Source: Antedon mediterranea (lineage: Eukaryota; Animalia; Echinodermata). From it: a stretch of 64,000 nt of DNA. The notes beneath the pieces are model-generated. The model was not told where the DNA came from. It saw nothing but the letters and a program-made list of their open reading frames with translations, and ran no database searches. Made by a program: the position numbers and the translations under genes. Location: NCBI RefSeq assembly GCF_964355755.1, contig NC_092671.1, positions 14,012,001 to 14,076,000 of the forward strand, given 5' to 3'. Shown one piece after another: positions 1 through 12,200 of the stretch (position 1 is the stretch's first letter; the number at the start of each line of letters is the position of its first letter).

Positions 1-213
1 ATTGTAATACTGTATTTAATGTATATTGGAAAAAATAACAAGATTAAATTTTATAGAGTTTGTTTTTATTTGGGGCATAAAGCTGAATCATATTATTCAA
101 CCCCTACTACTGCATTCAGGTTGAGTAAGGAAGACCTAAAAATGTTTAATTAGACGATCAGGATAAACAGGTTACTAATTTCATGAACAATCTGAAATGT
201 ACGTCCAAAATTC

Positions 214-592
214 GGCGCTAGTTCCGTTTCGCACCTGTAATTTATTTCGACTCAAAATGTGTTAAGAAACTTTATCGTGAGTACCACACCTTAGAATTAG
301 GCCTCAAAAATACTTTTACGAAGGAGATCACACAAAAAGTGACAAATAAATGCTTTAAATTGATGAATTTACAGACGCTTTTCTCGCACATCGGTTCGTC
401 AATTTCGCATACGCCATGTTCAATGTTGTTGTTTCTATGGAGCGCCAAAAGAGCATTTATTTGTCACTTTTTGTGTGATCTCCTTCGTAAAAGTATTTTT
501 GAGGCCTAATTCTAAGGTGTGGTACTCGCGATAAAGTTTCTGAACCCATTTTGAGTCGAAATAAATGAAAGGTGCGAAACGGAACTAGCGCC
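214..592. mobile_element. Non-autonomous DNA transposon (MITE), Merlin-like, with long TIRs
   Basis: ~140-bp near-perfect inverted arms (214-~356 vs ~451-592) beginning GGCGCTAGTTCCGTTTCGCACC and ending GGTGCGAAACGGAACTAGCGCC. Exact 8-bp direct repeat CAAAATTC at 206-213 and 593-600. GG termini, long TIRs and an 8-bp TSD fit Merlin; the superfamily is an inference. Confidence 0.85.
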
Positions 593-988
593 CAAAATTC
601 TCTGGGCATGGTTTCTTTTGCGGTCAAGACACAACATATTGAATTTTGGATCTCCTGAATTTTTATCAAGAAAAATGTGTGAAATGGATGACAAAATTCA
701 AAATATAAACAAAATTTGCAGTCCTGACCTCTAGGCCTATTTATTTCATCAAGTACTACCTAGGCATAGCCCTACTTTAAAGAGCTAGGCCGTTAACTTT
801 AGATGGACTAGGCCTAGGCCTAGAGGGTGTTCCATATCAAATCCTACCACATCACATACAGAAGGCCAACACCTACTCTAGACTGAGTGAGGTAGGCTAG
901 AGGGCCTCAAGGTTAGGTCTAGCCTAGGCTAGCTATATTGAAGGGGACTAGCCTAGATTATTTATGCTAAGTTCTTTATTCATCTTAC

Positions 989-1012
989 CCTCAACGGTGT
1001 TGTGGCATCCAT
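989..1012 (-). CDS. Putative first coding exon (MDATTPLR) of a gene extending left out of the window
   Basis: Minus strand reads ATG GAT GCC ACA ACA CCG TTG AGG|gtaag, a strong donor. ETS-like ACTTCCG (1073-1079) and CCAAT (~1201) lie upstream, and a CTAGGCCTA-rich stretch lies downstream, as in RPS26 intron 1. No homology support. Confidence 0.4.
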
Positions 1013-2182
1013 AATTAACCATAAACTCCAAACTTAAATCAAAACAAAGATATGTTCTATACTTATTAGAAAACTTCCGTCGTTTTTTTAGCTGGATGAC
1101 AACAAACCAGAGAATATCAATATCGCTTGCTCTGCTTCTTGATGAACGTGAAGAAAGTTCCCGCGTATAGATAATTATTTAAATTTAAGAATCTGATTGA
1201 CCAATAAGGTCACACTTTTCATTCTTAAGAGGGCGTAAGTATAAAATAAATAAGAACATAAACTTACCACCCACTTTAGACCTTTTTTTGAGTCTGCTTT
1301 CGATTCCATTATAATCGTAAATATACAATAAAATTCCTAGGTGTCTTTCAGTACCTTTGTATTCGGTATCTGTTTTCTAGTTGGTTTGCTAACGTTTCTG
1401 TCTACTACTTAAAAAAAACACCGGTTGGTGATCTGACGATTTTTTCACTCAGTCAGTAGTCTTTGTCACAGGAGGGAAAAATCTTCATAGATCCTAATTA
1501 AAATTCCACTTACAGTTACAAATAACTTCAATAGGTATATAAAAATAGTCAGATTCTCTTGTTAAACAAAAAAGTGATTGTATAGCCTCTATCATGCCAA
1601 AAATACAATATATATTCTTAACCTTTGCAGTTCAATGGAAGCAGACATCTTGCTCACCGAGTTAAACGTTCACAGACTATTGTGAATGTATATGTTGTCC
1701 CATTGGATAAGAATTAATTGGTATCCTGTCGACTTATAGTAGCTGCTGAATCTTATATGTATTATTATTATTCATAAAATAAGTGTACTGTATATTAAAT
1801 TCCATTTTTTTTTATCAAGCAAGCACACAGTTGAGTTCAAGAAAAAAATCGATTTGGTACACATGTTGGTGGCGGGTCCGGTCATAGTTCAAACATGGAG
1901 TAAAGAATAAGTTACTCCATGGTTCAAACAAAGAACTAATAAAATGATAATGTTCCCGGTCCCTATATAAATCTGTAGTCTTTGGACAACATGACTGCGC
2001 AATTAATTCAAATTACCTCATATTTCAAATAACAACTTCACTTTAATAACATTTTTGACAAATAAAAACTCCAAAAAAAGTGTTTAAAAAATGATTATCC
2101 GTGTAGAAGCATATCAATGGGTGATAAACCACTGTGCGACAGGACTAATGATTTCATATGACGATACACAAAGACAAACACA

Positions 2183-5100
2183 ACTAGATTTGAACTCGTC
2201 ACTACGGACGAGTTAGGTTATCCGCAGTGCAAAAGCCACGTGCACGTCATACGTTAGAATAGTGCGCGCAAAAAAATAAAACGATTATGGCATTGAAAAA
2301 TGTTAGTGCGCTCTCTATGTTGCGTCGCGTCTAAGTATATACGGTATAACACTATATACTGTATACGTACTACATACAGTGCAGAATAGGTGAAAATAAG
2401 TGACCAAAGTTATTGACGCATTTGAATATGATGACGTCATCACAATTTTTAAAATGGTGGATCATGCGAAAGGTAATTGATTGATCTAGACAATATAAAA
2501 AAATTGAGTGAAATGGAATAAGGATAAGTAGAGATGCGCTCTATTAAATTGACGAGCTATGACGAAAGAGAAAAAAATCCTATATTTTATATTCGGGTGG
2601 CCATACGATGACGTCACAATGTCTGGTTAGCCATATCAATGCATGATTCGAGAAAAACAACTCTTCTACTTCCAGAATCTGAAATTTTAAATATTTTCAC
2701 CTCGGAGTTTAGAATCTATGACTGTTTTAAAAAAGGCATAATTTTGACGAATTTTTGAACTTTTTCTTCAAAAACGCGCGCAAATTGTTCAATTCTACGT
2801 GCTCGTATGACGTGATTTTAAGTCGAAATTGATTGAAAATTGGTAAATGTACTAGAAAAGGCTGAAAAAACAAAAATCAAGCAAAAAAAAGATGTTTTTG
2901 CGCTACGTGCGCACGCGCGCGTAAAAAAATTGCGCACGTGTGGGAATTTTTGAAATGCTCAAAATGACATGAAACGCATAGAAAGTTGATTAGAAATTGA
3001 TTTTTCGCATTTTGAAATTTCAAACGCGCGTGCGCGCGTAACTTTTTGTGAAACATGCCATTTTTAATCCATAGAAAGTTTGCGCATGATCTCACTTAAA
3101 TTTTCACAAAGTTTCAATACAAAACAACTTTTAGTTTTTATTCTATGATCAATCATTGAAATTCATAAAATCGCGCGTAACTTACGCTGCGCAACTCCAA
3201 AATCGTCCAAAAGCTTGGCTGCACATCTACAGCTATAGGTCAACCTTATGACAAAGTTATACAATCTTATGTTGGCCACAAGATAGAGATGTGCTGCGAA
3301 CAAAATTCGGGGAAAGAAAGAAGAATAACATAGAACTAGATTTGAACTCGTCACTACGGACGAGTTAGGTTATCCGCAGCGCAAAGGCCACGTGCACGTC
3401 ATACATTAAAATATTGCGCGCAGAAAAACCATTAAGTCATTGAAACAATTTCAGTGTGCTCTCTATTTTTCGTCACGTCTGAATATATACGGTATACGCT
3501 ATATACTGTATACGTACTACATACAGTGCAGAATAGGTGAAAATAAGTGACCAAAGTTATTGACGCTTTTGGACATGATGACGTCATCACAATTTCTAAA
3601 ATGGTTAATCATGCGAAAGATAATTGATTGACCTAGACAATATAAAGAAATGGAGGGCAATGGAATACGGATAACCGGAGATGCGCTCTATTAAATGTGA
3701 TGAGCTATACGAAAGAGAAAAAAATCCTATATTTTATATTCGAGTAGCCATACGATGACGTCACAATGTCCTGTTAGCCATATTGATACATGATTCGATA
3801 TCTACAACTCATCTACTACCAGAATATGTAATTACAAAAAAGTTCACCACGTAGTTTAGAATCTATGATTGTTTAAAAAAAGGCATAATTTTGACAAATT
3901 TTTAGACTTTTTCATCAAAATTGCGCGCAAATTGTTTAATTCTACGTGCTCGTATGACGAGATTTTAAGGCAAAATTGATTGAAAGTTGATAAATTTATT
4001 ATAAAAGACAGAAAAAACAAAAATCAAGCAAAAAAAAGATGTTTTTGCGCTACGTGCGCACGTGCGCGTGAGAAAAGTGCGCAAGCGTGGGAATTTTTGA
4101 AATGCTCAAAATGACATGAAACGCGTAGAAAGTTGATTAGAAATTGATTTTTCGCATTTTGAAATTTTAAACGCGCGTGCGCGCGTAACTTTTTTCGCAA
4201 CCTGCCATATTTAATCTACACAAAGTTTGCGCTTTATATGACTTAAATTTTCACCAAGTTTCAATACAAAATGACTTTTGGTTTTTAATCTATGATCAAT
4301 AATTGAAATTCATAAAATCGCGCGTAACTTACGCTGCGCGACTCAAAATTTGAAAAAAAAAGTTTCTTGCACATCTATAGATATAGGGCAATCTTTTGAC
4401 AAAGTTATACAATCTTCTGTTGGCTAGAATTAGAGATACGCTGCCCACAAAAAATGGGAGAGAAGTGTGGAAAGAAAGAAATAAATACTAGATTTGAACT
4501 CGTCACTTCGGACGAGTTAGGTTATCCGCAGCGCAAAGGCCACGTGCACGTCGTACGTTAGAATATTGCGCGCAGAAAAACGATTATGCCATTGAAATAA
4601 TGTTAGTGCGCTCTCTATTTTGTGTCACGTCAAAATATATACGGTATACACTATATTCTGTATACGTACTACATACAGTGCAGAATAGGTGAAAATAAGG
4701 GACCCAAGTTATTGACGCTTTTGCACATGATGACGTCATCACAATTTAAAAAATTGTAGATTATGTGAAAGATAATTGATTGGCCTAGACAATATAACAA
4801 AATGGGGGGAAATGGAATACGGATAAGTGGCGATGCGCTCTATTAAATGTGATGAGCTATGCGAAAGAGACAAAAATCCTATATTTTATATTCGAGTGGC
4901 CATACGATGACGTCAAAATGTCCGGTTAGCCATATCGATGCATGATTTGATATTTACAACTAATCTACTTCCAGAATCTGAAATTTTAAAAATTTTCACC
5001 TCGGAGTTTAGAATCTATGACTTTTTTAAAAAAGGCATAATTTTCACGAATTTTTGAACTTTTTCAACAAAAACGCGCGAAAATTGTTCAATTCTACGTG

Positions 5101-8100
5101 CTCGTATGACGTGATTTTAAGTTGAAATTGTTTGAAAGTTTGTAAAATTACTAGAAAAGGCTGAAAAAACAAAAATCAAGCAAAAAAAACATGTTTTTGC
5201 CTTACGTGCGCACGCGCGCGTTAAAAAATTGCGCACGCGTGGGAATTTTTGAAATGCTCAAAATGACATGAAACGCGTAGAAAGTTGATTAGAAATGAAT
5301 TTTGCGCATTTTGAAATTTTAAACGCGCGTGCGCGCGTAACTTTATGTAAAACATGCCATTTTTAATCCATAGAAAGTTTGCGCATGATATAACTTAAAT
5401 TTTCACCAAGTTTCAATAGAAAATGACTTTTTGTTTTTAATCTATGATCAATCATTGAAATTCATAAAATTGCGCGTAACTTACGCTGCGCAACTCGAAA
5501 ATCAAAAAACAAAGTTTCTTGCACATCTACAGATATAGGTCAATCTTATGACAAAGCTATACAATCTTATGTTGGCCAGAAATTGAGATATGCGACCAAC
5601 AAAATTCGTGGAAAGAAAGAAGAAAATAGAAAAAAAAAGAGAAAAATAAAAAAAAAAAGATCCTGACAATAACAAGGGGTTATCCGCCAAGTGCGGATAA
5701 CCAACTAGATTTGAACTCGTCACTACGGACGAGTTAGGTTATCCGCAGCGCAAAGGCCACGTGCACGTCATACGTTAGAATATTGCGCGCAGAAAAACGA
5801 TTAAGGCATTGAAACAATTTCAGTGTGCTCTCTATTTTTCGTCACGTCTGAGTGTATACGGTATACCCTATATACTGTATACGTACTACATACAGTCCAG
5901 AATAGGTGAAAATAAGTGACCAAAGTTATTGACGCTTTTGAACATGATGACGTCGTCACAATTTTGAAAATGGTGAATCGTGCGAAAGATAATTGATAGA
6001 CCTAGACAACATAAACAAATGGGGGGAAATGGAATACAAATAAGTGGAGATGCGCTATATTAAATGTGACGAGCTACGAGGAAAGAGACAAAAATCCTAT
6101 ATTTTATATTCGAGTGGCCATACGATGACGTCACAATGTCCGGTTAGCCATATTGATGCATGATTTGATATCTGCAACTCATCTACTTTCAGAATATGTA
6201 AAAAAAAATAAAATTCACCATGTAGTTTAGAATCTATGACTGTTCAAAAAAAGGTATAATTTTGACACATTTTTGAAATTTTTTTAAAAAAACGCGCACA
6301 AATTGTTCAATTTTACGTGCTCGTATGACGTGATTTTAAGTCGAAATTGTTTGAAAGTTGGTAAAATTACTAGAGAAGGCTGAAAAAACAAAAATCAAGC
6401 AAAAAAAACATGTTTTTGCGTTACGTGCGCACGCGCGCGTAAAAATATTGCGCACGCGTGGGAATTTTTGAAATGCTCAAAATGACATGAAACGCGTAGA
6501 AAGTTGATTAGAAATGAATTTTGCGCATTTTGAAATTTTGAACGCGCGTGCGCGCGTAACTTTCTGTAAAACCTGCCATTTTTAATCCATAGAAAGTTTG
6601 CGCATGATATAACTTAAATTTTCACCAAGTTTCATTAGAAAATGACTTTTGGTTTTTAATCTATGATCAATCATTGAAATTCATAAAATTGCGCGTAACT
6701 TACGCTGCGCAACTCAAAAATCAAAAAACAAAGTTTCTTGCACATCTACAGATATAGGTCAATCTTATGACAAAGTTATACAATCTTATGTTTGCCAGAA
6801 TTAGAGATACGCTCCCAACAAAATTCGTGGAAAGAAAGAAGAATAAAGAAAACTAGATTTGAACTCGTCACTACGGACGAGTTAGGTTATCCGCATCGCA
6901 AACGCCACGTGCACGTCATACGTTGGAATATTGCGCGCAGAAAAACGATTATGCCATTGAAAAAATATTAGTGCGCTCTCTATTTTGCGTCACGTAAGTA
7001 TATACGGTATACACTGTATTCTGTATACGTACTACATACAGTGCAGAATAGGTGAAAATAAGGGACCCAAGTTATTGACGCTTTTGGACATGATGACGTC
7101 ATCACAATTTAAAAAATGGTAGATTATGCGAAAGATAATTGATTGGCCTAGACAATATAACAAAATGGGGGGAAATGGAATACGGATAAGTGGAGATGCG
7201 CTCTATTAAATGTGATGAGCTATGCGAAAGAGACAAAAATCCTATATTTTATATTCGAGTGGCCATACGATGACGTCACAATGTCCGGTTAGCCATATCG
7301 ATGCATGATTTGATATTTACAACTCATCTACTTCCAGAATCTGAAATTTTAAATATTTTCACCTTGGAGTTTAGAATCTATGACTTTTTAAAAAAAGGCA
7401 TAATTTTCACGAATTTTTGAACTTTTTCATCAAAAACGCGCGCAAATTGTTCAATTCTACGTGCTCGTATGACGTGATTTTAAGTCGAAATTGTTTGAAA
7501 GTTGGTAAAATTACTAGAGAAGGCTGAAAAAACAAAAATCATGCAAAAAAAACATGTTTTTGCGTTACGTGCGCACGCGCGCGTAAAAATATTGCGCACG
7601 CGTGGGAATTTTTGAAATGCTCAAAATGACATGAAACGCGTAGAAAGTTGATTAGAAATGAATTTTGCGCATTTTGAAATTTTGAACGCGCGTGCGCGCG
7701 TAACTTTATGTGAAACATGCCATTTTTAATCCATAGAAAGTTTGCGCATGATATAACTTAAATTTTCACCAAGTTTCATTAGAAAATGACTTTTGGTTTT
7801 TAATCTAGGATCAATCATTGAAATTCATAAAATTGCGCGTAACTTACGCTGCGCAACTCAAAAATCAAAAAACAAAGTTTCTTGCACATCTACAGATATA
7901 GGTAAATCTTATGACAAAGTTATACAATCTTATGTTTGCCAGTATTAGAGATCCGCTCCCAACAAAATTCGTGGAAAGAAAGAAGAATAAAGAAAAAAAA
8001 AAAAAAAAAAAAGATCCTGACAATAACAAGGGTTATCCGCCAAGTGCGGATAACCAACTAGATTTGAACTCGTCACTACGGACGAGTTAGGTTATCCGCA

Positions 8101-9201
8101 GCGTAAAAGCCACGTGCACGTCATACGTTAGAATATTGCGCGCAGAAAAACGATTATGGCATTGAAAAAATGTTAGTGCGCTCTCTATTTTGCGTCACGT
8201 CTGAGTATATACGGTATAACACTATATATTGTATACGTACTACATACAGTGCAGAATAGGTGAAAATAAGTGACCAAAGCTAATGACGTCTTTTGAACAT
8301 GATGACGTCATCATAATTTTAAAAATGGTGAATCATGCGAAAGATAATTGATTGACCTAGACAATAATAAAAAAATTGAGGGAATTGGAATACGGATAAA
8401 GGAGATGCGGTCTATTAAATGTGACGAGCTATGAGGAAAGAGTAAAAAATCCTATATTTCATATTCGAGTGGCCATACGATGACGTCATAATGTCCGGTT
8501 AGCCATATTGATGCATGATTTGATATCTGCAACTCATCTACTACCAGAATGTGTAATTTTAAAAAAGTAAACCACGTAGTTTACAATCTTTTACTGTTTT
8601 AAAAAAGGCATAATTTTAACAAATTTTTTAACTTTTTCATCAAAAACGCGCGCAAATTGTTCAATTCTACGTGCTCGTATGACGTGATTTTAAGTCGAAA
8701 TTGATTGAAAATTGGTAAATTTACTATAAAAGGCTGAAAAAACAAAAATCAAGCAAAAAAAAGATGTTTTTGCGCTACGTGCGCACGCGCGCGTAAAAAA
8801 ACTGCGCACGCGTGGGAATTTTTGAAATGCTCAAAATGACATGAAACGCGTAGAAAGTTGATTAGAAATTGATTTTTCGCATTTTGAACTTTTAAACGCG
8901 CGTGCACGCGTAACTTTTTGTAAAACATGCCATTTTTAATCCATAGAAAGTTTGCGCATGATATGATTTAAATTTTCACCAAGTTTCAATACAAAATGAC
9001 TTTTGGTTTTTAATCTATGATCAATCATTGAAATTCATAAAATTGCGCGTAACTTACGCTGCGCAACTCCGAAATCGTCCAAAAGCTTGGCTGCACATCT
9101 ACAGCTATAGGTAAATCTTATGACAAAGTTATACAATCTTATGTTGGCCAGAATTAGAGATATGCGACCAACAAAATTCGTGGAAAGAAAGAAGAACATA
9201 G

Positions 9202-9233
<32 letters not shown>

Positions 9234-12200
9234 TCCTGACAATAACAAGGGGTTATCCGCCAAGTGCGGATAACCAAAAAAAAAAAAAAAAAAGATCCTG
9301 ACAATAACAAGAGGTTATCCGCCAAGTGCGGATAACCAACTAGATTTGAACTCGTCACTACGGACGAGTTAGGTTATCCGCATCGCAAAACCCACGCGCA
9401 TGACACCTAAGTTAGAATATTGCGTGCAGAAAAACGATTATGCCATTGAAAAAATGTTAGTGAGCCCTCTATTTTGTGTCGCGTCTAAGTGTGTACGGTA
9501 TACACTATATACTGTATACGTACTACATACAGTGCAGAATAGGTGAAAATAAGTGACCAAAGTTATTGACGCATTTGAACATAATGACGTCATCACAATT
9601 TTAAAAATGGTAAATCATGCGAAAGATAATTGATTGATCTAGACAATATAAAAAAATTGAGTAAAATGGAATACGGATAAGTGGAGATGCGCTCTATTAA
9701 ATTTGACGAGCTATGACGAAAGAGAAAAAAATCCTATATTTTATATTCGGGTGGCCATACGATGACGTCACAATGTCCGGTTAGCCATATCAAGGCATGA
9801 TTCGAGAAAAACAACTCATCTACTTCCAGAATAAGTAATTTTAAAAAAGTTCACCTTGTAGTTTAGAATTTATTACTGTTTAAAAAAAGGTCTAATTTTG
9901 ACGATTTTTTGAAGTTTTTCATCAAAAACACGCGCAAATTATCCAATTCTACGTGCTCGTGTGACGTGATTTTACGTCGAAATTGATTGAAAGTTGGTAA
10001 AATTACTAGAGAAGGCTGAAAAAACAAAAATCAAGCAAAAAAAAGATGTTTTTGCTATACGTGCGCACGCGCGCGTAAAAATATTGCGCACACGTGGGAA
10101 TTTTTGAAATGCTCAAAATGACATGAAACGTATAGAAAGTTGATTAGAAATGAATTTTTCGCATTTTGAAATTTTGAACGCGCGTGCGCGCGTAACTTTT
10201 AAGGAAAGTGCCATTTTAAATCCATAGAAAGTTAGCGCATGATATAAATTACACTTTTGCCAAGTTTCAATTAAAATTGCTTTTTCGTTTTCGATCTATG
10301 TTAAATACGCAAAATTCACAAAATCGCGCGTAACTCATGCTGCGGGACTCTAAAGTCAAAAAACGAAACGTCCTGCACATCTACAGCTACAGGTCAATCT
10401 TATGAAAAAGTTACACAATCTTCTGTTTGCCAGAATTAGAGATACGCTGCCAACAAAATTCAGGGAAAGAAAGAAGAATAACATAGAAAAAAAAAAAAAA
10501 AAAAAAAAAAGATCCTGACAATAACAAGGGGTTATCCGCCAAGTGCGGATAACCAACTAGATTTGAACTCGTCACTACGGACGAGTTAGGTTATCCGCAG
10601 CGCAAAGGCCACGTGCACGTCATACGTTAAAATATTGCGCGCAGAAAAACGATTAAGTCATTGAAACAATTTCAGTGTGCTCTCTATTTTTCGTCATGTC
10701 TGAGTATATACGGTATACACTACATACTGTATACGTACTACATACAGTGCAGAATAGGTGAAAATAAGTGACCAAAGTTATTGACGCTTTTGAACATGAT
10801 GACGTCATTACAATTTTGAAAATGGTGAATCGTGCGAAAGGTAATTGATAGACCTAGACAACATAAAAAAATGGGGGGAAATGGAATACAAATAAGTGGA
10901 AATGCGCTATATTAAATGTGACGAGCTACGAGGAAAGAGACAAAAATCCTATATTTTATATTCGAGTGGCCATACGATGACGTCAGAATGTCCGGTTAGC
11001 CATATTGATGCATTATTTGATATCTGCAACTCATCTACTACCAGAATATGTAATTATAAAAAAGTTCACCACGTAGTTTAGAATCTATGACTGTTTAAAA
11101 AAAGACATAATTTTGACAAATTTTTGAACTTTTTCATCAAAAATGCGCGTAAATTGTTTAATTCTACGTGCTCGTATGACGTGATTTTAAGTCGAAATTG
11201 TTTGAAAGCTGGTAAATTTTCTAAAAAAGACAGGAAAAACAAAAATCAATCAAAAAAATGATGTTTTTGCGCTACGTGCGCACGTGCGCGTAAAAAAATT
11301 GCGCACGCGTGGGAATTTTTGAAATGCTTAAAATGACATGAAACGCGTAGAAAGTTGATTAGATATTAATTTTTCGCATTTTGAAATTTTAAATACGCGT
11401 GCGCGCGTAACTTTTTATGAAACATGCCATTTTTAATCCATAGTAACTTTGCGCATTATATGACTTAAATGTTCACCAAGTTTCAATACAAAACGACTTT
11501 TAGTTTTTATTCTATGATCAATCATTGAAATTCACAAAATCGCGCGTAACTTACGCTGCGCGACTCGAAATTTGAAAAAAAAAGTTTCTTGCACATCTAC
11601 AGCTACAGGGCAATCTTTTGACAAAGTTATACAATCATATGTTGGCCAGAATTAGAGATACGCTGCGCACAAAAAATGGGGGAGAAGGATGTAAGGAAAG
11701 AAATAAATACTAGATTTGAACTCGTCACTACGGACGAGTTAGGTTATCCGCAGCGCAAAGGCCACGTGCACGTCATACGTTAGAATATTGCGCGCAGAAA
11801 AACGATTAAGGCATTGAAACAATTTCAGTGTGCTCTCTATTTTTCGTCACGTCTGAGTGTATACGGTATACCCTATATACTGTATACGTACTACATACAG
11901 TCCAGAATAGGTGAAAATAAGTGACCAAAGTTATTGACGCTTTTGAACATGATGACGTCATCACAATTTTGAAAATGGTGAATCGTGCGAAAGATAATTG
12001 ATAGACCTAGACAACATAAACAAATGGGGGGAAATGGAATACAAATAAGTGGAGATGCGCTATATTAAATGTGACGAGCTACGAGGAAAGAGACAAAAAT
12101 CCTATATTTTATATTCGAGTGGCCATACGATGACGTCACAATGTCCGGTTAGCCATATTGATGCATGATTTGATATCTGCAACTCATCTACTTTCAGAAT

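Noticed and set aside
457-694. ORFs of 60-70 aa at the left end
   Set aside because: They overlap the MITE inverted arm and have no coding features.
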